From positions 191,222,385 to 191,286,384 of the forward strand of contig NC_058133.1 of NCBI RefSeq assembly GCF_016433145.1: DNA of 64,000 bases, given 5' to 3'. Each line of letters opens with the position of its first letter. Positions within the stretch are counted from its first letter, which is position 1. The DNA comes from Gracilinanus agilis. Lineage: Eukaryota. Position numbers and translations under genes: made by a program. Shown one piece after another: positions 1 through 11,293 of the stretch. The notes below the pieces were generated by a model that made no database searches, was not told the origin of the DNA, and saw nothing but the letters and a program-made list of their open reading frames with translations.

Positions 1-845
1 TGAATGAAGGAACCCCACAACAGGGCGCAGCGTTGAAGGTACGCAGAATCGGGGCATCTCCACACTATAAAGGGGTGAAACAGCTCTCACTAAAATGCGA
101 GAGGAAGAAGCCCCTCCTCCACCCCCCACACCACACACCTCGCTATAAAAGAATGCCTGCGCTTTGATCCAGCCATACCATTGTTGGGTTTGTACCCCAA
201 AGAGATCATAGATAAACAGACTTTCACAAAAATATTTATAGCTGCACTTTTTGTGGTGGCAAAAAACTGGAAAAGGAGGGTATGTCCTTCAATTGGGGAA
301 TGGCTGAAGAAATTGTGGTATATGCTGGTGATGGAATATTATTGTGCTAAAAGGAATAATAAACTGGAGGAATTCCATGTGAATTGGAAAGTCCTCCAGG
401 AATTGATGCAGAGTGAAAGGAGAAGAGCCAGAAGAACATTGTACACAGAGACTGATATACTGTGGTAAAATAGAATGTAATGGACTTCTGTACTAGCAGC
501 AATGCAATGACCCAGGACAGTTCTTAGGGACTTATGGTAAAGAATGCTACCCACATTCAGAGGAAGAACTGCAGGAGAGGAAACACAGAAGAAAATCAAC
601 TGCTTGAATACATGGGTTGATGAGGACATGATTGGGGATCGAAAGTACCACACCAATGCAACTATCAACAATTTGGAAATAGGTCCTGATTAATGACACA
701 TGTTAAAACCAGTGGAAATGCATATTGGCCAGGGGAGGGGGGAGAGGCAGTGAAGGGGAAAATAAGAGCATAAATCATGTAACCATGTTATCTCTTCTAA
801 AATATAAATATTAATAAATGTTTAAGATAAAAAAATAAAAATAAA
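1..845 (+). mobile_element. L1, internally deleted: 5' UTR piece (1-139) fused to the ORF2 C-terminus/3' UTR (142-845)
   Basis: 1-31 matches the L1 5' segment at 63790-63820 (reverse strand). From 142 (gctataaaagaatgcc) it matches the L1 3' ends at 51802+ and 11355-12040. ORF 181-468 resembles the ORF2 C-terminus; A-rich tail at about 830-845. Confidence 0.85.
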
Positions 846-909
846 TCCATTCTTAAACTTCTCTTAGCACCCTCTTCTCCTTCCTCACTTCTAATCTTTC
901 CTAGAATGG

Positions 910-1300
910 CAATGAAAAAAAAAATCAAAGCCATTCATCAAGAATCAAATCAAGAAATATTTCCTTTGCATTATTTCTTATCACAAAATGCAAATGTAAT
1001 AGCTAAACAATTGGGGCAACTGAGATATATGTCTTGTTTCAACACATGTTCAGTGGGAAAATTTGATAACATATGCACAAACTATATCATATTACCTGCC
1101 TTCTTGGAGTGAGGGGAGAAATGGAAAGAAAGGGGGAAAGAGAACGAGATAGATTTTTGGACAAAGCTGATATGAGAATCTGTTTCTTTTGGATAAGAAT
1201 ATTTGTCATAATTTATTACATATTTATAACGTATAGTATATTATTCTTATTTAACATATTATATTGTTTTTATAAAAATTAAAATAAATGGTGACCCCCC
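910..1300 (+). mobile_element. Old L1 3' UTR-like fragment
   Basis: G-rich tract followed by an AT-rich tail ending aaaattaaaataaa, similar to old marsupial L1 3' ends; strongly degraded. Confidence 0.4.
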
Positions 1301-1402
1301 CAAAATATAACATAGAAAATGTTAATACTACAGATAAAAAAAAGAATAGGGCAGCAGAGAAATGAAGTATCAACTAATTTGAACTTTAAGGGATAGAGTA
1401 TA

Positions 1403-1980
1403 GGAATTCTGAGAAGATGTTGGTGTAGGAGCTAGCAAGGATCCAAACCTCCATAAAGCCCTTCACCACTAATTAAGGAGAAAGGGCTCCAAGGGAACAG
1501 AAAACCAAATCTGACAACACAACAGAGCTGGGGGATCCTCCAGCTGAATCCAACTTAAAAGGTATGGGGGTGGAAGAGAAAAAAAGAAAGCCTGAATTCT
1601 TGGAACTCTCTGGTGGGAGGGGAAAGAAAGGAGAAAGATCCCAGATCCCCTCCTCCACCTAATGTGCTGAGTCTCCAGTGAATACTGGAATCCCTGGGTG
1701 GGCTGGGCCACTACTCCGGAGAGAGTGCCTCACTGGCACAGCTGTGCCAAACTCAAGGCTTTGATCACAGACAGCAGGGAAGCTGCTCGGGCAGAAACCC
1801 AAAGAGGGTGAACAAACCCTCTATCTTATGCCCTCTATCCCCCCTTTCTCTTGAGGTTTTGACCTCAGGGTACTCAGAGAAGTGTAGATCAAACATACCC
1901 AGGCTTAATCCTATCAATAAAACTGACAAGAAGTCTTCAGAGGGCAGGGTAGCTCCAACAACCCTCCCCCACAGACTATA
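1403..1980 (+). mobile_element. L1 5' UTR-only fragment
   Basis: Starts ggaattctgagaagatg, like the L1 5' starts at 20619 and 63921 (gaattcc..aagatgg); GC-richer UTR-like sequence; no ORF1 follows. Confidence 0.55.
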
Positions 1981-2301
1981 AGGAAAGTAGCTAAATTCAC
2001 TTCTTTAGCTTTCACCAATAGCTGGGGAAAATCTGACAGCATGTTCAATTAATAATAATTTTACTGCCTGCTAAAGAAGAGAATTTGGAATATGAAGATG
2101 ATAATGAACAGAGTGGTGTAGAGCAATGTCTTTAGACTCCTCTACTAGAATTCCAGATATGGAGAGCATAGATTTAACTCCCTTGCAAAATGCTCATGTG
2201 GCTTCAAAAAAGGATGGTATACACACATGCACATACATACTGAAAAATTAACTACAGGTATAGTTATTCTCTTTTAAATCAAATACTATAAACCTAAAAA
2301 A

Positions 2302-4455
2302 AAGTGTACCAAGATGATGGAGTGGAGCAGAAAAGCTCAAGGTCACCACAAGAATTCCCTCCAACCAATATTAAAATAATGCGACAAAATGAATACAGGA
2401 GTGAAAGAACCAATAAGGAGTCATCAATATTTAAAGGATTAATTGAATTAGCAGTGGGAGGAAGCCCTCAGAGCTCCCAGCCATCAGACCTTAATACCAT
2501 CTCCAAAGAACTAAAATTGGTAGAAACTCAGAAAATAAACTAAGGGTCGCATCAAGAAAGAACTGAAATTTAAGAGGGTACTCTAACCTCCCAGAAAACA
2601 GAACCTACCTATAAAAAGGTAGGAAAAATGAGCAAACAACAAAAGCACCTAACTCTAAAGAATTTCTATGGAGACAAAGAAATGGGAGGAATTAAATAAG
2701 CAATGAGGAAACCAAACTATCACTCTTTGCAGATCATATGATGGTATAATTAGAGAATCCTAAAATAATCTACTAAAAACAAGATGAAATAATTAATAAC
2801 TTTAGCAAAGTTTCAGGATACAAAATAAACCCATATAAATTATCACTATTTCTATTTAATTCCAACAAAAATCCACAGCAAGTGTTAGAAAGAGAAACTC
2901 CATTTAAAATCACTCTAGACCAGTGATGGGCAAACTTTTTAAAGAGAGGGCCAAAGGAAAAGAAATGCTCATCTGTCAGTCTATTTCTAAGGCAACTCTT
3001 TTAAAGTTTCATTGTATTGTACCCTACTCATTGTATTCTTCATATTAGGAATAATGTTGCACAGCCGGATAGAACATTTCAGGGGGCCACATCTGGCCCG
3101 TGGGCAGTAGTTTGCCCATCAATGCCCAAAGAGACAGAAGGATACATCAATGTAATAGACTATGGGTAAATGACCTCAGCAATCTAGTGTTTGATAAACT
3201 CAAGGATCCCAGGTTTTGGCATTAGAACTCACTATTTGACAAAAATGCTGGGAAAATTGGAAAATAGTATGGCCAATGTTAGGTTTAGATCAATATCTTA
3301 CAGCATATACCAAGATAAGGTCAAAATGGGTATATTATTTAAAAATAAAGAGTGATATTGTAAGTAAATTAGGGGAATGTAGAATAGTTTACCTGTCAGA
3401 TTTATGGAGAAGGGAAGAATTTAAGACCAAATAAAACAGAGAACATTATAAGATGTAAAATCAATAGTATTGATTATATTACATTAAAAGGTTTTGCAGA
3501 AACAAAACCAATTCAATTAAGATTAGGAGAGAAGCTACAAACTATAAAAAAATTATAACAAATTTCTTGGATAAAGGATTAATTTCTCAAATATATAAAG
3601 AATTTAGTCAAACTTATAAGAATGCAAGTAATTCCCCAATTGATAAATGGTTAAAGGATATGAATAGATAGTTTTCAGATGAAGATATCAAAGCTATCAA
3701 TAATCATATGAAAAAATGTTCTAAATCCCTCTTGAGTAGAGAAATGCAAATTAAAACAACTCCGAGGTACCACCATTTACTCATCAGATTGGCTAATATG
3801 ACAGTAAAAGAAAGTGAAAAAAGTTGGAGGGGATGTGGCAAAATTGGGATACTAATACATTGTTGGTGGAGTTGTGAACTTATCCAGCCATTATGTGTAG
3901 CAATTTGAAACTATGTCCAGAGAACTTTAGGACTATGCATGTCTTTTGATCCTGCAATTCTATGACTTAGGTATGCCAAAGAGATTTTTTTAAAAGTGAG
4001 GAAAGGATCTACTTGTACAAAAATGTTTATAGCAACTGATTAGTGGTAACAAAGAATTAGAAATTGAGGGGATGTCTATCAATTTGGAAATGACTGAACA
4101 AATTGTGGTATATGAGGCTGATGGAATACTATTGTGCTATAAGAAATGATGAGCAGAATGATTTCAGAAAAGACTGGAAAGACCTCCATAAACTAATGCA
4201 AAGCAAAATAAGCAGAACCATTGTGAATAGTAGCAGCAATGTTGTATGATAATTAGTTGTTAAAGCTACTCTCAGCAATACAATGATCCAGTACAATTCT
4301 GAAGGACTTAGGACAAAGAATGCTAACCACCTTTAGAAAAAGAACTGCTGGAGTTGGAATGCAGATCAAAGCATATGGTTTTCACATTTTTTTGTGTTTT
4401 TATCTTGTGGTTTTGGTTTTATATGAATATTCTCTTACAACAATGAACAACATTA
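2302..4455 (+). mobile_element. Old L1: 5' UTR and ORF1 start joined directly to ORF2 RT region and 3' end
   Basis: ccaagatg start; atgagcaaacaacaaaag (MSKQQKHLTLKNFYGDKE, ORF1-start-like) at about 2628; jumps at about 2680 to the ETKLSLFAD region; ORF 3708-3908 is ORF2 C-terminal-like. Confidence 0.8.
2921..3124. mobile_element. hAT/Charlie-type MITE (family 1)
   Basis: TIRs CAGTGATGGGCAAAC...GTTTGCCCATCAATG; left target CTCTAGAC; second copy in the opposite orientation at 26474-26674. Confidence 0.9.
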
Positions 4456-4689
4456 ATATATGTTTTTGCATAATACTTGTATAATGCAGAAAAAAAGAAT
4501 GAAAAATTTGAGAAATGAAGCATCAGTTAACAAACTTTCAGAGACAAGTGATTCTAGACTACAACACATTGTTTCCAAAATATATTTTACAACTATGTGG
4601 TGGAAATTGATTTGGTCAATGATCTCCTCCTTAAGCTGGAGGACAGAGGAGGGAGACATCAATGGTAAAGTACTTTAATTTCATGGCAT

Positions 4690-5030
4690 ATGAAAATGGG
4701 TTGAAGGAACTTAGATGTTTGTCCTAGAGAAAAGAAGATAGGGATATGAAAGCTGTTTTCAAGAACTTAAAATATTGTCATGTGGAACATGGACTTAATT
4801 TGTTTGAACCCAAATGGCAAAACCAGGAGCCATGGAAAGAATTGGCAAAGTGGAATATTTACGTTTTATGTTGGAAAAATCATCCTGACTATCAGAGCTG
4901 TCCCAAAGTAGAAGAGGCTGCCTTGGGCAGCAGTTTGTTACTCCTCTTTGAAGGTCGTTAAGTAGAGGTACAGGATGAGTACTGAAGATTCATCAAAATC
5001 TGAAGTCCTGTGATCATGTGATTCAATGAA
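4690..5030 (+). mobile_element. L3/CR1 LINE 3' end
   Basis: ttgaaggaacttagatgtttgtcctagagaaaagaaga, tgtcatgtggaa, agagctgtcccaaagt and the ctgtgatcatgtgattc tail are typical of CR1/L3 3' ends. Confidence 0.7.
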
Positions 5031-5088
5031 TTGCCCAAATACTCAGACAACATAAAATAAGAAAGAATTAGGAAGACCATTTCACTTG

Positions 5089-5098
5089 TTTATTTATT
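5089..5098 (-). terminator. Poly(A) signal of KRTAP gene 1 (overlapping AATAAATAAA)
   Basis: tttatttatt on + strand, about 540 nt downstream of the stop codon. Confidence 0.65.
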
Positions 5099-5631
5099 CA
5101 TTGCCAAGAAATACGAATCTTATTTGGACATTAACAGTCATAAAAACAATAGAAAATCAGCATAAGAGAGAATTTAGCAGGAAAAAAAATCTTTGAAATC
5201 TCAGTAGTGAAATCTTAGGGTGAGAAACAGTATGGAGTTAATTTTCTTCTCACACAGCAGAGTCAGGAGATTTAAAGTTAAGAAGGAACACAAGAAGGTT
5301 GGAGGATTAGATTTTGGTTTGACTTGTTGAACTTAAAATTAAACTAAAAATTATTTCACACATAGGATGAAAATACATCTTCTATCAAATTTGGCCTTGT
5401 AAAGAGGAAGAGACCTTTTCTAAAACATTTCAAAATTTTAAAATGTGGTAGGGGATAGAAGAAAACAAATAGGGAACCACTAGTGGGGGTTTCCAAATAA
5501 GTCTCTTGTGAATTAGCTTAAAATTGGTTGACTGTACCAATTCTACTCATCCTGACTGACATGAGTTAGGGCACTCATGTTTCCCTGGGAGGAGGAGATG
5601 ATGATAAGCAGTCATGTACAAGTCCATACAT

Positions 5632-6021
5632 TTAACAGCAAGAGGAGCCGCAGNNNNNNNNNNNNNNNNNNNNNNNNNNNNNNNNNNNNNNNNNNNNNNN
5701 NNNNNNNNNNNNNNNNNNNNNNNNNNNNNNNNNNNNNNNNNNNNNNNNNNNNNNNNNNNNNNNNNNNNNNNNNNNNNNNNNNNNNNNNNNNNNNNNNNNN
5801 NNNNNNNNNNNNNNNNNNNNNNNNNNNNNNNNNNNNNNNNNNNNNNNNNNNNNNNNNNNNNNNNNNNNNNNNNNNNNNGGTCTATAACAGTTGGTCCTGC
5901 AGCAGGTGCTCTGGCAGCAGGCTGGCCGAAGGCAGCAGGCAGGGCGGCAGCAGCAGGGAGCACAGCAGCCAGAGCCACAGCTCAGGCCAGAGCAGGAAGA
6001 GCCACAACAGGAGCTGACCAT
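5632..6021 (-). CDS. Ultra-high-sulfur KRTAP, subtype A (KRTAP2-like N-terminus, KRTAP4-like end); middle hidden by 225 N
   Basis: accatcaccATG Kozak context; [30 protein letters not shown]...CGSSCC-TAA; TATA box and poly(A) signal present. True length unknown. Confidence 0.88.
   Translation of the reverse strand: MVSSCCGSSCSGLSCGSGCCAPCCCRPACCLRPACCQSTCCRTNCYRXXXXXXXXXXXXXXXXXXXXXXXXXXXXXXXXXXXXXXXXXXXXXXXXXXXXXXXXXXXXXXXXXXXXXXXXXXXXCGSSCC
5654..5878. other. Assembly gap (225 N) inside KRTAP gene 1
   Basis: Run of N. Confidence 0.99.
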
Positions 6022-6104
6022 GGTGATGGTTGGTTAGGTGTCTGGGTTGGTTTCCAGGGGATGAAGTTACTTGAGTATGGAAGTCTCCTGACCCCACAGG
6101 GTTC

Positions 6105-6160
6105 TTTTATATCATCCTGAATGGCAGCCATCTTTAGTAATAGCTTATTTCCTCATTATT
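6105..6160 (-). promoter_or_regulatory. Core promoter of gene 1: TATAAAA plus AATAATGAGGAAATA motif
   Basis: ttttata at 6105-6111; tatttcctcattatt at 6146-6160, homologous to the motif in the other four promoters. Confidence 0.8.
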
Positions 6161-8337
6161 CTTTAGCAAGAGGGAAAAACAACCCTAAAATTCGGTAATT
6201 TCTGTGATAATGGAAAAAAATGTATTTCCTCTAACCTGTTAGGACTCATCTACTTTTCTGTATATCTGTTTAAATGAAAATCTATCTGCTAAGAATCAGA
6301 ATATTAGAAATAGCAGAATTAGAAGTAACCTCAGAGACCCTCTCCCAATCTATATTGAACAACAAACATAATATGAATACTGTTATAAATCAAGTTAGTT
6401 AGAGACATCACTTCTGTTTATTTTTTCCTGCCTCCAACTTCTAATGCTCATGCGAGAGCCACAGTCTATAGTCTTTGATGTTACTCACTACAGTCTATGT
6501 ATCATCCCATGACTCACAGAGAGATATAGTTTGTGTATGGGGAAGAAACCTTTAAGGAAGTGTTCATGAAAACATGAAAAATGCTCTTAAGTGGCCTTTT
6601 ATTTCTAGAGCTAAACAAACTTGAGAAAAGTGTTTCTATTTTTGAATCCTCCTAAATTCTAATGCCTCCCCCTTCAATTAATTAAAATTTATTTTCAATA
6701 TACCTTGTTTTTACATAATAGTTTTTATGTTGTCTTCTTGTTATTTTGTAGCCTCAAGGCATATTTCTGTGTCTGAAACATAATAGGAGTTATATACATA
6801 TACATACACACAATATAATAATTGACTAACATTTTTGGAATAATTAAATAAAGAATGACTATAGGGACAAGGCAGTTGTTCCTGGCAGTCCTGAATCAGT
6901 GATGATCATTGCTAGACAATATGATTCAGCTTGATTGAAATTTTATATTTATAATAGAAACAACTAAAGCTGTGAAGTCCTTTTTTATGTTAAAATAAAT
7001 TTTTAGGGTAGTTCTTGAGTGAGAGGGGAGTGGTTCCATTGATGGTGAGTGGAAAAGTATCTTCAAGCCTCTTGGATGTTGCAGAATAAGACATTGATGA
7101 TGGCTCCCTAGAGCCTTCAAGCAGGACCAAAGTGGGGCATGAAAGGGCCTTAACAAGCCACATTAGAGGATATCCAGAGCTTCATACAATGCAAGAATAC
7201 CAGTTCCAGAAGGAGTGGCAATTTTGACTGCTTTTGGGCAGCTGAAGAAGGTGATAGGTGTGTATTAATTACTGGCAAGACATTTTTTGAAAAACAATTT
7301 CGTTTTAACACAGTAAATACAAATTCAAAGAAGAACAAAAGATGATTAATAAAACTGAAATACTTTTTCAATTATGAAGTGCAGCTTTATAGTCCACACT
7401 GTCTCAAGATGAATTTAAACTAGAGGACCAGTCAAAGAACAAAAAAGTTCTTACTTTTCATTAAATAATTATCCTTTGATAGGATGTTCCAATAAGGTTA
7501 ATTTTAGTGCTTGGTGAAGAAGAGAATTTAGAATTTGAGGATGGTGATGAAGAGGATAATATTAAAAAGCATTTTCAGACTCTTCTCTATTAGAGTTCCA
7601 CATATAGATGGCATAGATTTATCCCCTTTCCATGATATAATCCCTTCAAGGCAGAAGTTACATTTATATTTATTCATATACATATTTTATTGTGGACATT
7701 GAAAAATTAATCATGAATGTAGTTATTTTCTTTAAATTAAATACTATATATCTCAGAAAAGATTTGATTTGATAGTGATGGATAAAACTAAACCTGGGCC
7801 AATTGTAGTGGATCTATATAAGAAATCCACAGACTTTAAAAGAAACTGTAGTTGTTGACCAAGAAACCACTTTATTGTCATTTTCATTAAACCTTACACA
7901 AGGAATGACTAGAGCATGGATGTCCTGGAACATCTGTGATCTGAACCATTCACTACAATTCAAGTCATGGTAGCTTTTGTGTAGCACACACATATTATAT
8001 TATTCAGGAGAACAACACTACTCATGCCAGTAAATGAAAAGTCAGATGATTCCACAGTTGATCCAGAGAGATTTTAAAAGTTCATCCCATCACAGAAGAC
8101 TAAAGATTCAGTTATAAAGGATTCCATTTGAACATAAATTGTTCCAAGGATTTTTGAAAAGTCTTTGATATTATGAACAAATTGTGTACAGGTAAAGTTT
8201 TAAATTTCCTTAGTATTGGGAATCACTTTGGAATTGATAGGAAATGTTCATCTCTCATCTCAAAATACTAATATGAATTCACGCAAAGATTTATTTACCT
8301 AATGCACTTGTGAGTCAGTGAATTCTTTAGAATTTTT

Positions 8338-8565
8338 GTTGTTCAGTCATTTTGAGTCATATTTAATTCTTTATGACCCCATCTGGGGTTTCCCTACTAG
8401 AGTGGTTTGCCATTTTCTTCTCTAGATCATTTTACAAATGAGGAACCAAACAGGGTAAAGTGATTTGCCCATGATCACATAGCTATTAAGTATCTGAGGC
8501 AGAATTTTGAACTCATGATGATGAGTCTTCTTGATTCCAAATCCAGTGTGCTATTCACTGCACAA
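8338..8565 (-). mobile_element. MAR1-like CORE-SINE
   Basis: gttgttcagtc...gaccccatctgggg...gagtggtttgccattttcttctc tail plus the CORE segment cattttacaaatgaggaa...tgatttgcccatgatcacatagct. Confidence 0.8.
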
Positions 8566-9180
8566 TTTATCCAATTCCTTTGAAAATAGGTGTTTACTTC
8601 CCAAAACATCATGTCTAAAAGAATGTACAAACGTATACAAAGTTTATCAGAGGTAGCTCACCACTCATTTTTAATTAGGTGATTTGAAATTAATAATTTT
8701 AATGATCATGGTAAAATCATATGAGCAGAGGAGGAGTTTTCTAATATTTTAGCAGGTAATTCAACAAATGGATTTAGGTAAACTTGTCTAATGAAGCAGG
8801 TTCTTTTTACATATTAAGAGACTCGTCATCCAGGCTCTCATTTCTTATTCTTATTTTTTTTCATTTCTTATTCTTAATATGTTCTTCAGCTAATAATGAT
8901 TATAGATGGTGCAAATAAGAGGAACCTAGATGTTGACTAAACAATTTTGATTTTATGAGAGTGTTCAGTTACTATGATGCTATAGAAATATATTTTTGGA
9001 AATTTCTAAGTCATCTAGTCAGAACATGATTGAATTCAATCAGTTGCCTACAGAGACCTTGCAAGAGTAACATGTTTGTATCTGAAAGTCAATTATGAAT
9101 CTTTGAAAAATTTGCATATATCTGATAGCAATTTGTTTTCAAGTCTGAAAAACCATTCTAAATTTTGTTTCTGAGATAAT

Positions 9181-9346
9181 CAGCTAGTTGGTGGATATGT
9201 GGTGGTATCTCAGAGTTGTTTTAGTTTGTATTTCTCTAATCAATAGTGATTTGGAGCATTTTTTATGACTATGGATAGTTTTAATTTCTTCCCATGAGAA
9301 TTTCTTATTTATATCTTTTGCTCATTTTTCAGATGGGAATGTTTTG
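9181..9346 (-). mobile_element. Old L1 ORF2 fragment, left half of the host of the nested block
   Basis: gtggtatctcagagttgttttagtttgtatttctc; continues at 20620 after the 12-bp TSD GGGAATGTTTTG. Confidence 0.75.
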
Positions 9347-9797
9347 GGGTTTTATTTTGGAAATTTTTTTATTTTGAATATTTTGTCCTAGTTAGATATT
9401 TCATGTTCTTTCCCCCTCCCCAAGTCCCTCCTAACCCCCTTAGCTGAAGCACAATTCCATTGGTTTTTACATGTATCATTAATCAAGACCTAATTCCATA
9501 TTATTGATAGTTGGACTAGAGTTATCATTTAGTATCTACATCCCCAATAATATCCCCAACCGCCCATGTGTTCAAGCACTTGTTTTTCTTCTGTGTTTCT
9601 CCTCCCACAATTCTTCCTCTGAATGTGGCTAGTTTTCTTTCTCATAAGTCCCTCAGCCTTGCTCTGGATCCTTGTATTGCTGCTAGTATAAAAGTCCGTT
9701 GTGTTTGATTGTACCACAGTGTATCAGTCTCTGTGTAAAATGTTCTCCTGGATCTGCTCCTTTCACTCTGCATCAATTCCTGGAGGTCATTCCATAT
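9347..9797 (-). mobile_element. Extra L1 3' UTR fragment at the tail of the full-length L1
   Basis: 3' UTR variant distinct from that at 9798-10200; lies inside the outer TSD. Confidence 0.8.
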
Positions 9798-11293
9798 TTT
9801 ATTTTTTAGAAAAATTTTCCTTGGTTACAAGATTCCTGTTTTTACTTCCCCCTTCACCCCCTCTTTAACCCTTCCCCCCATATCTAATGTTCATTTCCAC
9901 TGGTTTTAACCTGTGTGATGTCAAAATTTATTTACATATTATTGAAAGTTGCATTGGTGTGGTCATTTAGTGTCTACATCCCCATCCATGTCCACATCAA
10001 CCCATGTGTTCAAGCGGTTGTTTTACTTCTGTGTTTCCACTCCTGCAGTTCTTCCTCTGAATGTGGGTAGCGTTCCTTTCCCTAAATCTTTCAGAATTAT
10101 CCTGGGTCATTGCATTGCTGCCAGTACAGTTACATTCTATTTTACCACAGTGTATCAGTCTCTGTGTACAATGTTCTTCTGGCTCTTCTCCTTTCACTCT
10201 GCATCAATTCCTGGAGGTCTTTCCAGTTCACATGGAATTCCTCCAGTTTATTATTTCTTTTAGCACAATAGTATTCCATCACCAGCATATACCACAATTT
10301 GTTCAGCCATTCCCCAATTAAAGGGCATACCCCCCTTTTCCAGTTTTTTGTCACCACAAAAAGCATGGCTATAAATATTTTCATACAAGTCTATTCATCT
10401 ATGATCTCTTTGGGGTACAAACACAGAAATGCTATGGCTGGATCAAAGGGCAGGCAGTCTTTTAGAGCTCTTTGGGCATAGTTCCAAATTGCCATCCAGA
10501 ATGGTTGGATCAGTTCACAACTCCACCAGCAATACATCAATGTTCCAATTTTGCCACATTCCCTCCAACATTCATTATTTTACCCTTCTGTCATTTTAGC
10601 CAATCTTCTACTTGTGAGGTAGTACCTCAGAGTTGTTTTGATTTGCATTTCTCTAATTATTAGAAATTTAGAACACTTTCTCATGTGCTTATTGATACTT
10701 TTGCTTTCTTTATCTGAAAATTGCCTATTCATGTCCCTTGCCCATTTATCAATTGGGGAATGGCTTGATTTTTTATACAATTGATTTAATTCCTTGTACA
10801 TTTGAGTAATTAGACCCCTGTCAGAGTTTTTTGTTATAAAGATTTTTTTCCCAATTTGTTGTTTCCCTTCTGATTTTGGTTGCATTGTTTTTGTTTATAC
10901 AAAACCTTCTTCATTTAATATACTCAAAATTATTTATTTTAAATTTTGTAACTTTTTCTAACTCTTTTTTGATTTTAAAATTTTCACTTTCCCAAAGATC
11001 TGACAAGTATACTATTCTATGTTCACCTAAATTTCTTATACTTTCCTTCTTTATATTTAGGTCATTCACCCATTCTGAATTTATCTTGATGTAGGGTATA
11101 GGATGTTACTCTAAACCTAATCTCTCCCATATTGTTTTCCAATTTTCCCAACAGTTTTTGTCAAATAGTTGATTTTTGTTCCAAAAGTTGGGCTCTTTCG
11201 GGTTTATCATACACTGTCTTGCTGACGTCACTTACCACAAGTCTATTCCACTGATCCTCCCTTCTGTCTCTTAGCCAGTATCATATTGTTTTG

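Noticed and set aside
5547-6120. Alternative long ORFs spanning the first gap
   Set aside because: They are open only because N bases hide stop codons.
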